Shown piece by piece: positions 29,991 through 39,539 of a DNA stretch of 64,000 nt. Numbering within the stretch: position 1 is the first letter of the stretch; the number at the start of each line of letters is the position of its first letter. Source of the stretch: an uncultured delta proteobacterium (GTDB taxonomy: Bacteria > Desulfobacterota > Binatia > UBA9968); NCBI GenBank assembly GCA_963745835.1, contig CAVUZH010000005.1, forward strand, positions 1 through 64,000, written 5' to 3'. The notes beneath the pieces are model-generated. The model ran no database searches. It was not told the DNA's origin and saw nothing but the letters and a program-made list of their open reading frames with translations. Both the position numbers and the translations under genes were made by a program.

Positions 29991-30083
29991 AGTATCGACG
30001 ATTTAACAACACAGCTTGGCCGACACATACAACGCGTCGCCTTTATGATCCCTCCGGTTCAAAAGTCCAAGCGGGAGCGTCCA

Positions 30084-31097
30084 TCAACTACCTTTTCCAA
30101 ACAAATCATCGAACCATTTTTGATAGTGGGCGGTTTTCGCCTCGTCTTCGGGCGAAATCATCCGCAGTTTTGCGCGATCGACACCTATCTTGGGTTGGAC
30201 ATCGCTCCGTCCCGGGACTTTCCCGAGATTACTGATCAGCTGTTGCCCGTTTTTGGAAATGGAAAATTCCGCGAGCAGCCGGGCCGCGTTGGGGTGCGGC
30301 GCCCGGGCCATGATGGCTATGGGATGGGATTCGGCATAAAGCGGCTCTTCGACTCTGGCCCAATCGACGGGGCTGCCCGATTCCTTGACGTTTTCGACAT
30401 TGTTGGCGTAGACCATGAACGCCAGCGGCATTTCGCCGGCGCCGACGAGAGTGGCCGTGAGCGTTCCTCCTGAGCGGACCTGCGGCTCTTGTTGTGCCAG
30501 CTTGCGTATAAAATCTTCACCTTTCTCCTTGCCGTACAAGTCGAGCATGGCGGCGATTACCATGTAGTTGTTGCGGTTGGCTGCGAGCTTCCCTTTCCAT
30601 TTCGGATCCAACAGATCGGTGTAACGCCTTGGCAGATCCTTCTGGGCGACGAGCTTGGTGTTATAGGGAATCGAATGTACGGTGGGATAGACATCAGTCC
30701 AGAATCCCTCTTTGTCCTTGAAGCGGGCATCGAATGCCTTGCGCTCGGGGGAGTCGAATTGAACCAGCAATTTGTTGTCCTTCAATGCGTATAAAACGGT
30801 GCCTTCGGTCAGGACCGCATCGGCGAGGTGGGCTCCGGCGCGGCTTTCGGTCAGAATCTTTTGTAAAATCGTCGTGCCGGAAGCGCGATAGATCTCCAAC
30901 TTGACCCCCGGGTACGCTTGTTCGAACGCAGCCTGGAACGGTTTGTTGTCGCTGGCCGCCAGCGACGTATAGACGAGCACCCGTCCCTCTTCTTTGGCCT
31001 TGGCGTAAAATCCGCTTTGCGCGGCGCCGCGCGAGACCAAGCCGGCGCAACAGACCAGACCGGCGATGGTAGCGACGTATAGTTTCATAAACTTCAT
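30084..31097 (-). CDS. ABC extracellular solute-binding protein (FbpA/AfuA-like)
   Basis: AAAGGA RBS before MKFMKL; AKEEGRVLVYTS, YNTKLV, DLLDPKWKG, APHPNAARL. Confidence 0.9.
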   Translation of the reverse strand: MKFMKLYVATIAGLVCCAGLVSRGAAQSGFYAKAKEEGRVLVYTSLAASDNKPFQAAFEQAYPGVKLEIYRASGTTILQKILTESRAGAHLADAVLTEGTVLYALKDNKLLVQFDSPERKAFDARFKDKEGFWTDVYPTVHSIPYNTKLVAQKDLPRRYTDLLDPKWKGKLAANRNNYMVIAAMLDLYGKEKGEDFIRKLAQQEPQVRSGGTLTATLVGAGEMPLAFMVYANNVENVKESGSPVDWARVEEPLYAESHPIAIMARAPHPNAARLLAEFSISKNGQQLISNLGKVPGRSDVQPKIGVDRAKLRMISPEDEAKTAHYQKWFDDLFGKGS

Positions 31098-31211
31098 GAT
31101 CGCGATTTTCCTTTTTGTAGGGCCTTGTCGAACTCTTGCGCTGATGACCATACCAAAGCACCGGGTTGTGTCAATTACCATAGTTAGCTCGTGGTGACGT
31201 CGAATATTAAT

Positions 31212-31253
31212 CGTAAGACGACGGCAGCGCCGTCTTACGGGTATCTCTTTTTT
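31212..31253 (+). terminator. Hairpin followed by T-tract
   Basis: CGTAAGACG-N10-CGTCTTACG then T6 a few bases downstream; no obvious + strand gene directly upstream. Confidence 0.4.
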
Positions 31254-31627
31254 GCGCGGAGCGGAGTAGGCGCCTTTGCTACTATGGTCTTGCGTGCGGG
31301 AGCAAAGGGTCAATTAGTTATCACCTTCTGAAGTAGTATCCACCTCATGTCTCGGCTGCTTAGAATTCAGCTTCCGGCGCCGTCTCTCACATCATGAACC
31401 GGGGCCGCGCCGCGTGTCGCAACTCGTTGAACTCAGGGAGTCCGAGAGCGTATGCAAATGAGCAAAGCCTGTTCCCGGCGGACAGCTTCGAGCACTCTGC
31501 ATTGCTCTGCCAAACATTCTCTATTTACAAGTTGACACTACCTAGCCCATGCGGCTAAGTTTCACGGCAAATGCCCGGCGGCTAAGTGCGCGGGTTCAGC
31601 CTCAGCTCAAAAGAAAAGGCAAATACC

Positions 31628-32818
31628 ATGAAGCATAGCACGCAAAGAATTCTCACGACCCACGTGGGGAGCCTGGCCCGGACCGATGCCCTGTTGCCGC
31701 TTCTTCGACTGAAGGAACAAGGTCAGCCCTACGACCGCGAAGAGCTTGCGCGGCTGGTGCGTGGGGCGGTCACGGACGTGGTGCGGAAGCAGGTCGAAGC
31801 GGGGATCGATATTGTCACTGACGGCGAGCAGGGGAAATCGGGTTTCTTCACCTACGTCATCGAACGATTCAACGGCTTCGAGCGCAAGTTGCCCGCTCCC
31901 GGCAAGGAGATGAGACCGCGCTCGGCGGGCAGGGAGTATCTCGCGTTTCCCGACTACTACGCGTGGTCCGAGCGCCTCGCCGCGCCGTTTGGCGGTCGCA
32001 GCGGGCGCGCCGGCCGCGACGTCGATATCTGCACCGGACCCGTCAGCTACAAGGGCCATGCGGCGGTCCAGACAGACATCGCGAATCTCAAAGCGGCGGT
32101 CACGGGCCGCGCCCATGAGGATTTGTTTATCCCAGCGATCGCTTCTTCGTATGTCGCGGCCACGTTTGCCAACGAATACTACCGCACCCTCGAGGAGTAC
32201 GAGCAGGCAGTGTCCGACGCGCTGCGCGAAGAATACCAGGCGATTGTCGATGCCGGATTTATTCTCCAGATCGACGATCCGCGCCTGGTCACCTATTATA
32301 TGATGCACCCGGAGTTAACGGTCGAAGACTGCCGGCAATGGGCGGAAAAGCGTGTCGAAACGATCAACTACTCGCTCCGCGGCATCGCGCCCGAGAAGGT
32401 CCGCTTTCATACCTGCTACTCGATCGATGTCGGTCCGCGGATTCACGAAATGGACTTGAAAGACATCGTCGACATCATTCTGAAAATCAATGCCGGCGCG
32501 TATTCGTTCGAAGCGGCCAACCCGCGGCACGAACATGAATACCACGTCTTTGAGCGAATCAAGCTGCCCGCGGGAAAAATCCTCATACCCGGTGTGATCA
32601 GCCACACCACAAATTTAGTGGAACACCCGGAATTGGTCGCTGAACGGATCGTGCGGTTCGCCAAGCTCGTCGGGCGCGAAAACGTGATCGCCGGCGCCGA
32701 CTGCGGCTTTGCCGCTTCCGCCCTCAGGTTCAACGATACCCATCCGAGCGTGGCCTGGCTGAAGTTTGACGCGTTGGCGGAAGGCGCCCGATTAGCGACC
32801 AAACAATTGTGGAATTGA
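31628..32818 (+). CDS. Cobalamin-independent methionine synthase II family protein (single barrel)
   Basis: ILTTHVGSL, GIDIVTDGE, LQIDDP, Zn ligands FHTCY and DCGF, EAANPRHEHE, VEHPELVA. Confidence 0.92.
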   Translation: MKHSTQRILTTHVGSLARTDALLPLLRLKEQGQPYDREELARLVRGAVTDVVRKQVEAGIDIVTDGEQGKSGFFTYVIERFNGFERKLPAPGKEMRPRSAGREYLAFPDYYAWSERLAAPFGGRSGRAGRDVDICTGPVSYKGHAAVQTDIANLKAAVTGRAHEDLFIPAIASSYVAATFANEYYRTLEEYEQAVSDALREEYQAIVDAGFILQIDDPRLVTYYMMHPELTVEDCRQWAEKRVETINYSLRGIAPEKVRFHTCYSIDVGPRIHEMDLKDIVDIILKINAGAYSFEAANPRHEHEYHVFERIKLPAGKILIPGVISHTTNLVEHPELVAERIVRFAKLVGRENVIAGADCGFAASALRFNDTHPSVAWLKFDALAEGARLATKQLWN

Positions 32819-32895
32819 GCTAAAGGATCGGGCCGCAGTCAAGCCTTAGGATCGTGCTTCGACAAGTGCGGAAGCGTTAAACTCTGTCAACCGAC

Positions 32896-32930
32896 TTGGA
32901 ACGTTGAACCTGGAACCTTGAACTTTGAAC
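32896..32930 (-). repeat. 5 x 7-nt tandem repeat GTTC(A/C)AN
   Basis: Plus strand ttggaac gttgaac ctggaac cttgaac tttgaac. Confidence 0.9.
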
Positions 32931-32944
32931 GCTTTCCTTTTTGG

Positions 32945-33946
32945 TCACCGATAGAGTGCATCGATAAATCCGGATTTGTCCAACTCTTCCAGCAAACTCA
33001 CGTCCATAAAATCCTTCGGGTTTGCCGTCTTGGCGGCGGGAATCCGCTCGCTCGCATCTTCAATGATCGTCTTAAATCCCTCGATCGACGGATAAGGCTT
33101 GGGTTTGACGGTCTCACGCAGAGCTTGGTAGGCGTCATCGATGCGCTTCTCATCTTTGGTTTGCCGGTATTTGGCGAAAGCCTTTTTGGAGATCTCGGGA
33201 TTGGTCTTCACCAGGTGGATCGCCTCGACATAGGATTTGAGAAAACGTCTCGCGAGATCGCGCTTGCGGACCAGCACCCGCTGGGTCGTGACCAGCCCAC
33301 TGCCTTGATACGCAATATTCAAATCGCGCAGATTGAGTAAAATTTTCATGCCTGCCCGCTGCGCCTCTAAATGATCTGGAGGCGAGATAAGGGCGGCGTC
33401 GATGGAACCACCGGCTAGCGCAATCAGCCGTTCCGGAGTGTCGCCCACCTGGAGCAGGGTGACGTCCCTGTTACTCAAGCCGTAGCGGGGCAGCACGTAG
33501 ATCAAACGTAAGTGCGAGGCTGAACCAAAGCGGAAAACGCCGATCCGTTTTCCTCTGAGATCTTCCATGGATTTGATATTGGGACGCGCCACCAGCCGGT
33601 CCTCGAGGATGTCTTGCACGCCGGCAATCATCACCGGATCGGCTCCTTGCAACCTGGCCGACGACATGAGGGAGCCCGTCATCTGGCCAAAATCGACTTC
33701 ACCCGCCACCAAGGTTTCGATCGCCGCGCGTGTGTAAACGATTTCTGCGCTGATGCCGTTCTTGGTTAAAAGCCCGCCGACGTCGGCGACCCACAGCACC
33801 CCCTGCGTCGGCGAAACCGCCGAGAATGCCACTCTGACTCTATCCGCGGCAAAGCCTGGCACGGCTGAAACAATCACCAGCAGAACGCTGAATCCAAGAA
33901 CCGGCAATTGTTTAATGCCGTATAGGGATCGCGGGCAGAACATCAT
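32945..33946 (-). CDS. ABC substrate-binding protein, NMT1/THI5/SsuA-like
   Basis: Signal peptide; DLRGKRIGVFRFGS, KPYPS.EG; start uncertain. Confidence 0.88.
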   Translation of the reverse strand: MMFCPRSLYGIKQLPVLGFSVLLVIVSAVPGFAADRVRVAFSAVSPTQGVLWVADVGGLLTKNGISAEIVYTRAAIETLVAGEVDFGQMTGSLMSSARLQGADPVMIAGVQDILEDRLVARPNIKSMEDLRGKRIGVFRFGSASHLRLIYVLPRYGLSNRDVTLLQVGDTPERLIALAGGSIDAALISPPDHLEAQRAGMKILLNLRDLNIAYQGSGLVTTQRVLVRKRDLARRFLKSYVEAIHLVKTNPEISKKAFAKYRQTKDEKRIDDAYQALRETVKPKPYPSIEGFKTIIEDASERIPAAKTANPKDFMDVSLLEELDKSGFIDALYR

Positions 33947-34140
33947 GGACCCCGATAAGTTGTTGTCTATACGCCGCAGCTTCCGGAAAAACTTCCACAG
34001 CTGCGTTTCGTCGGACGATAGTAGACTCAATGAGCAGCGTCAAGCACAATCAGAATGGGGATGAAGACCCAGTGTTGCTGCAGCTAGTATAACCAAGCGT
34101 ATATGTCACCGAAAGACTTAATTAACATCCGTTGAAAATT

Positions 34141-34557
34141 TTAGGAGTGTTTGGCGAGAACTTCCTGGGCAATTTCCGGGAATTTCGCAAATTCGGGGTC
34201 TTTATGAATCAAGACTGCTTGTCGCGAGATTGCGGTTGCACCGATCCAGCTATCGGCAACCGATAGCCTCCCGCGCGCCTTCAGTCGCGCCGCGACTTCC
34301 AGTATCGACGGCTCACAGGTTATCCACTCGATTGTGAAGGACTCCACCAATCGTAGCGCGCCGCGCGCTGCCTCTTCTCCCTCTTCGCGGCAGATCAAAT
34401 AGAGAAGCTCCATTCGTGTCATAAAGGAGCCAAACAAGCGACATGACCGTCGCTTCGCGCGTGCAAGCAGATCCTCCACCCGGTCAGCGCCGAGCTCGTC
34501 ACTTCGCAGGGTAAGAAGCGCGGAAGTATCGAGCACGAACAGATTCTTAGGATCCAT
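34141..34557 (-). CDS. vapC: PIN-domain (VapC) toxin
   Basis: FVLDTSALL, E, LSVADSWI.ATA, HKDPEF. Confidence 0.88.
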   Translation of the reverse strand: MDPKNLFVLDTSALLTLRSDELGADRVEDLLARAKRRSCRLFGSFMTRMELLYLICREEGEEAARGALRLVESFTIEWITCEPSILEVAARLKARGRLSVADSWIGATAISRQAVLIHKDPEFAKFPEIAQEVLAKHS

Positions 34558-34780
34558 TTTCCCGCTGCCGGTCGCGCTGCCGCTCACTCAAGAGCCGCTT
34601 TACCATTCCCTTCTTGCCCGAACCGCGAAAGGCGCTGACTGGATCCGACGGCAGCGGAATGACTCTCGCCGTGTTACCTTCGACGACCCATTCCAGTGTG
34701 GTGTTAGGGCCGATTTTCAGCTTCTTTCGGACCTCCGACGGAACCGAGACTTGACCGCGTTTAGTCATTTTGGTACGCAT
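34547..34780 (-). CDS. AbrB/MazE-type antitoxin
   Basis: TKMTKRGQVSVPSEVRKKLKIGP...LEW; overlaps the PIN gene. Confidence 0.88.
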   Translation of the reverse strand: MRTKMTKRGQVSVPSEVRKKLKIGPNTTLEWVVEGNTARVIPLPSDPVSAFRGSGKKGMVKRLLSERQRDRQRENGS

Positions 34781-34984
34781 AAGCGTAAATCTACAATGCA
34801 GCAGTCTTATCTGCAAGTCAAGAAACAGTTCATCATGCGACTGCTACTCTGTGCTTGTTAGTTATAACGCCAGATTGGTACTGCGGCAATTCGCGTCACC
34901 GCTATGCCTTACTGTTTAAGCTCCTGCGCGCGGTTCAAAAGTTCAAAGTCGGTGTGGTCTGTTGAGGATTAGTATATCGAAACT

Positions 34985-35017
34985 GTATGTGCGACCGGAT
35001 TTGAGGCCCGGTCACAC
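34985..35017. repeat. REP-like palindrome / possible terminator of the VOC gene
   Basis: GTAT-GTGCGACCGG-N9-CCGGTCACAC; GTAG-headed relatives near 21787, 54706-54730 (minus) and 63308. Confidence 0.45.
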
Positions 35018-35066
35018 GGCGCAAGCACACAACCAAAACCGGATGAAATGATCCGAATTCCGCGAT

Positions 35067-35942
35067 TTAGACGACGGAAATATCCAGCAAGTTTCCCTCC
35101 GGGTCGCACATTTCGTGCTTTCCATAGCGACAGCTACGAAGCAGATCCATGATCACCTGGTACTCGGATTCCACATTGGGTGGCTTTGGCGCCAGATATT
35201 CAGGGTCGTGTTTCGCCAGTAGCTCCACGTCATCTTTGAAGGCCTGCAAATCTTCGACTTCAAAACCGATGTGATCGAATCCCGGCCGCTTGTGTTCGGT
35301 GCCGAGGTAATCGGAGATTTTATAAGGCGCAAGCACCATGGTCACCGTGCCGTCGGTGAGATAAAAATTCGGATCCTCGAGGGCCTTTTCCTCTTCCTTG
35401 AACCCAAAGACCTCTACGTAAAATCCCGCCAAAGCTTCGGGGTTCATGGCTCGGATCGTGAAATGTTTGATGTGGCGAAGTCTTTTGTCTTCCGCCTCCG
35501 TGAATACGCCAACCATCTGCTTTTTCCCTGGTTCGGCGATATCGAAAATATTTCCTTCCGGATCGTGACTGCTGTAATCGACAAAGGGACGGCCCGGAGG
35601 ACGTTTGACACAACCGATGGACGGATATTTTTCCTTGATTCGGTCAAGTACGCCCCCGATGTCATCGACGGTCATGCCGAAATGATCGAGCCCGCCAGGA
35701 TAGCCGGGACGGCGCTGGTTGAACGCCACGCCGATGTTGCCGTCGCTGGCAATGACCGTACGAGCGAACGCCCCGGCAACGCGGCCGGAGTTTAATATCT
35801 TGTAACCAATCTGTTTTGCCCGCTCACGCTCCTCGGCCGGAGTGCGCACGTCTGTTCTAAAATCAAAAAGGCATTCGTAAAATTTGAACAGCCGATTCGG
35901 CATCTGACTCATAATCCCGATATGTTTGATTCTCGATGTCAC
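35067..35942 (-). CDS. VOC/glyoxalase-family protein (two domains)
   Basis: IKHIGI, GLDHFG, HDPEGN.FD; repeated as IKHFTI, GFDHIGFEV, DPEGNLLD. Confidence 0.88.
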   Translation of the reverse strand: MTSRIKHIGIMSQMPNRLFKFYECLFDFRTDVRTPAEERERAKQIGYKILNSGRVAGAFARTVIASDGNIGVAFNQRRPGYPGGLDHFGMTVDDIGGVLDRIKEKYPSIGCVKRPPGRPFVDYSSHDPEGNIFDIAEPGKKQMVGVFTEAEDKRLRHIKHFTIRAMNPEALAGFYVEVFGFKEEEKALEDPNFYLTDGTVTMVLAPYKISDYLGTEHKRPGFDHIGFEVEDLQAFKDDVELLAKHDPEYLAPKPPNVESEYQVIMDLLRSCRYGKHEMCDPEGNLLDISVV

Positions 35943-36060
35943 GTCGAACCTCCCTTTTTTCGTTCATCAGCCGGTTTATAATTTCCTTCGTTTCCCCAAT
36001 CGAAAAGCAATCATCATGGTAATGCTTCCGTAAAGCGGTGATCATTGCATTTGTCGAGCC

Positions 36061-37074
36061 TTATTTGGTCGAGTTGAGTTTCGTTAGCGTCTTGAAGAAC
36101 CCTTCTTTCTCCAGCTCGTCGAGTATACTCTCGTCCACAAAGCGGCTCAATTTCAAGTCATCTTTAGCTCGCCGTGGTTCGCGTTGGATGATCTCAAGAA
36201 CGTCTTGTAAGCCTTTGCGCCCAACACGCGGAGGAAAAGCAAAGATCTTGTGATGTACGTCGTATGCTTCCTCAGCGAGTTTTGCGGGAATACGTAGCCA
36301 CTTTCCAATGATTGGAACAATCTTTTCTTTTAGCTCCGGCTGGGTTCTTAATATGTAGATCGATTCGCTCACCGCCTGAAAAAATCGTTTGGCGTTGTCG
36401 CGCTTCTTGGCCATGAACGAGCGGTCGGCTATGAAGACCTTCTCGGGCGATTCTTCCATAAGCTCGCTTAAATCTGCCAAAATGTTGAATCCTTTTTTAG
36501 CTGCCATAGCTGCTTCGCCGTAGGGGATGATCGTCGCATCGAGTCCTCCCTCGACCTCCATAGCCGCGAGTCTGGCCAAGCTGCCACCGGACGGTAGCAG
36601 GCTCACGGAATCCGGCGGCATGCCCCATGCCTTGAGCGCCATGAGGATGTTAAATTCATTAGCTCCACCGAAATTGACAATGCCAATTTTCTTGCCGCGC
36701 AGATCCGAGGGCGTACGGATCTCTTTGCGGGTTACAAACTTGTAGAGCGTTTTGTTGAGCAGTCCACCGGTGATCACGACATTAGCGCCGGACAAAATGG
36801 CTCGAATCGGCGCTTGAGCGCCGACGTCGGCGGAATTTACGCTCTGGCCGATTAGCGCCTGCATCAAAAGTGAACCGCCACGGATCTCGAGTAGATCAAG
36901 GTTTAAACCATACTTTTCAAAGAGCCCAAGATCTTTGGCAACGATCAAGGGAAGTTGTTGCGCGCTGGAGCCGCCGGCTCGGGCATGAATATGGCGCTCT
37001 AGCGCGAAAATAGTTGATGGAACACTTTGAATGATTAGCAGAATGGGTAAAAGCAAAGTGAAGAACGTACGCAT
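36061..37074 (-). CDS. ABC substrate-binding protein, NMT1/THI5/SsuA-like
   Basis: Signal peptide; GLFEKYGL, DLRGKKIGI..FGG. Confidence 0.88.
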   Translation of the reverse strand: MRTFFTLLLPILLIIQSVPSTIFALERHIHARAGGSSAQQLPLIVAKDLGLFEKYGLNLDLLEIRGGSLLMQALIGQSVNSADVGAQAPIRAILSGANVVITGGLLNKTLYKFVTRKEIRTPSDLRGKKIGIVNFGGANEFNILMALKAWGMPPDSVSLLPSGGSLARLAAMEVEGGLDATIIPYGEAAMAAKKGFNILADLSELMEESPEKVFIADRSFMAKKRDNAKRFFQAVSESIYILRTQPELKEKIVPIIGKWLRIPAKLAEEAYDVHHKIFAFPPRVGRKGLQDVLEIIQREPRRAKDDLKLSRFVDESILDELEKEGFFKTLTKLNSTK

Positions 37075-37148
37075 AGCCCCGTATAATTTGCCCGGGAACG
37101 AGTTGTTGTCAATAGCGCTCGATATTCGTAACGGCTAAGAAGCCGTTC

Positions 37149-37193
37149 GTTCCAGCCGTTCCAGCGGTTTCAGACGTTCCAACCGTTCAAGAC
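37149..37193 (+). repeat. 5 x 9-nt tandem repeat GTTC(C/A)ANNN
   Basis: gttccagcc gttccagcg gtttcagac gttccaacc gttcaagac. Confidence 0.9.
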
Positions 37194-37245
37194 ATGGAAA
37201 GCGGTGCAATTAACGGGTTTATATAAGGCGATGTCTATTTCCCAA

Positions 37246-37285
37246 CCCTGACATAATCAAGTTGCCATTAACCCCTGACATAATC
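37246..37285. repeat. 13-bp exact direct repeat
   Basis: CCCTGACATAATC at 37246 and 37273. Confidence 0.8.
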
Positions 37286-37508
37286 GCTTTGCTACGAGAT
37301 GCTAGAAAGAAATAATTGTCTGGATCGCCTCGCCTGTGCTAGTTATGCGCTACATGAGCCTGCTTAGCCGTGATCTGCATAGCAGATCGCCCGGCTCGAA
37401 GTTAAGCAAATTCAGAATGTTGAGTATTAGCTGATCTTAGTGGGATTATCGGGGAAGGCGCGTACACGTTGGCGATTAATTCAATCGTTGCCTGAATAGG
37501 AGTGCGCG

Positions 37509-39206
37509 ATGTCTCATACTACTTTTACTAATTTCTCCCGAATGAGTTTTCTGGCGGTGCTCTTCTGCTTCCTTCTCGCGCCGGCAGTTTGGGCGCAAAC
37601 TCGACCGACCGCCATTGTCGGCGGCACCTTGATCGATGGTACGGGCCGGGACGCCGTCGAAGACGCAGTGATCGTCTTTCAAAATGGCCGAATTCAGGAG
37701 GTCGGCAAGAGAGGAGAGGTCGCTGTTCCGGCCAAGGCTCAGACAATTGACGCCAAGGGCAAGACAATCCTGCCGGGACTGATTGATGGACACTGCCATT
37801 ATTGGGAATGGATCGGCGAGCTTCACCTCGCTTATGGCGTGACCACCTGCCCCGACATCAATAACAGCCCGACAGAATGGATCATCGCGCAAAAGGAAGG
37901 CATTCAGAAGGGAAAGATTCGCGGGCCGCGTCTGTGGATTTCGGGCCATGCGCTCGATGGACCGCGGCCGCAGGGCATGCCGGAGCAACGTTGGCAGCGC
38001 GGCAGCATTATCATCCGCACCGAAGATGAGGCGCGCAAAGCCGTCCAGGAACATGTCAATAAAGGCATGGACGGCTTTAAGTTTCTTGAGCGTATCGCTC
38101 CCAATGTCGCCAAAGCCGCTGCCGAGGAAGCGCGCCGGTTAGGCAAGCCCGTGATCGGCCATTCGGTAAACATGTTTGACGCCATCGACGCCGGCTATAC
38201 GTCGATCGAGCATTCGTGGGCGGTGATGTTCACAACCATTCGCGATGAAAAGAAACGTTCCGACGTCGATATGGCGCGTATGACCGGCAAGGTCGGCACG
38301 GTGGAGGCGCATATCAATATGGAGCCCGATCAGTTCGATCAAATCATCAAGGCCATGTTCGAAAAAGACGTACACTGGAGTCCTGCATGGGGCACGCAGT
38401 TTCGCGCACTCTCACCGAGAGCCGCGGAGATGAAGAGGCGTGAGCTCGCAGTGCTGAAGAATCCGCGGCTGAGTTATCTTCCGGCGTACAACGTCGAGTC
38501 CGTAGAAGGCTACTTTGCCGGTTTTGAAAAGATGCCGCCAGAAAAACTCGATCAACTTACCGCGGCTTATAAGATGGTGCAGGATTTCGCGCGCCGCTAC
38601 GTCGCGGCCGGCGGCAAAATTCATTCGGGCTCTGATCCTGGAAGTTTATTGCCCGCCTACGGCCTGCACGCGGAGCTCGAACTCATGATCGATGCCGGCT
38701 TCAGTCCGTTGGTGGCGATTCAATCCGCCAGTTTGAATGTCGCGCAGGCCTGGGGCAAGGAAAGAGACTACGGCAGCGTGGAAAAAGGCAAAGTCGCCGA
38801 TCTTGTCATCGTCCGAGGCAATGTGTCGAACGATATTTCAGCCACTCAGAACGTTGAAACGGTGTTCATGGATGGAAAATCTGTGGATACGTCATTTCAC
38901 ACGAACTATCGCAATCCGATTCCGCGTCCGTTATCGGACCGTTTTGTTACGAACATTACGCAACTTTCTCCAGCCGGCGTTGTCGAGGGCGCAGAGGCCC
39001 AGGTTAAAGTGACCGGCGCTAACTTTCGTCCGTCTCATCAGGTGTTGTTGAACGGCAAGAAGATTCACAGCCGATTTCTTAACGGTAGGGAGTTGGAAAT
39101 TCAAATACCAGCGACAAACCCCGGCACCCACAAGATTACGGTAATCGATCCCGGTGTGGCTGCCTCGGAGTCGAATGCCGCCTATTTGGTCGTCGGCTTC
39201 AAATAG
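37509..39206 (+). CDS. Exported amidohydrolase with C-terminal IPT/TIG-like domain
   Basis: Signal peptide; ILPGLIDGHCH, K, GH, IEH, GSD, GKVADLV; tail ITQLSP...VTGANF...VLLNG...L.IQIP. Confidence 0.9.
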   Translation: MSHTTFTNFSRMSFLAVLFCFLLAPAVWAQTRPTAIVGGTLIDGTGRDAVEDAVIVFQNGRIQEVGKRGEVAVPAKAQTIDAKGKTILPGLIDGHCHYWEWIGELHLAYGVTTCPDINNSPTEWIIAQKEGIQKGKIRGPRLWISGHALDGPRPQGMPEQRWQRGSIIIRTEDEARKAVQEHVNKGMDGFKFLERIAPNVAKAAAEEARRLGKPVIGHSVNMFDAIDAGYTSIEHSWAVMFTTIRDEKKRSDVDMARMTGKVGTVEAHINMEPDQFDQIIKAMFEKDVHWSPAWGTQFRALSPRAAEMKRRELAVLKNPRLSYLPAYNVESVEGYFAGFEKMPPEKLDQLTAAYKMVQDFARRYVAAGGKIHSGSDPGSLLPAYGLHAELELMIDAGFSPLVAIQSASLNVAQAWGKERDYGSVEKGKVADLVIVRGNVSNDISATQNVETVFMDGKSVDTSFHTNYRNPIPRPLSDRFVTNITQLSPAGVVEGAEAQVKVTGANFRPSHQVLLNGKKIHSRFLNGRELEIQIPATNPGTHKITVIDPGVAASESNAAYLVVGFK

Positions 39207-39539
39207 AAAGTAACCTAATCAAGCCTCGCCAGTTCTGACTTGTGAATGTCATGATAAACTGATGATTTTGGTCACGACGCGCGGTAGGCAACGGCAACAA
39301 TTCGGAATCGATTTGATGACAGTCTGACTTGTGTAAAGTGTGAAAAACGAGCTTGGGACCAAAAGCTCACATCGCGATATGATAAAAGCTAATGCCAGCT
39401 ATGCACCGCGCACTCGAGCCGGACGTTAGGCGGGCGATTTCAGCGGCAGAACTGACGCTGTAAGCTAAGAAAGCACTTTGTACTCGAATGAAACTGTTGA
39501 CTGGATACTGCTCGATCCAACCCGTGGTGCTCAATGTGT

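Noticed and set aside
31320-31627. SAM or cobalamin riboswitch upstream of the MetE-like gene
   Set aside because: I could not see the conserved riboswitch core motifs; an Rfam scan would settle it.
31628-32818. Calling this gene metE
   Set aside because: Only one barrel, with no folate-binding N-terminal half; the family includes non-methionine-synthase members.
39236-39334. Repeated TCTGACTTGTG
   Set aside because: Only two 11-bp copies between convergent genes, with no further structure.
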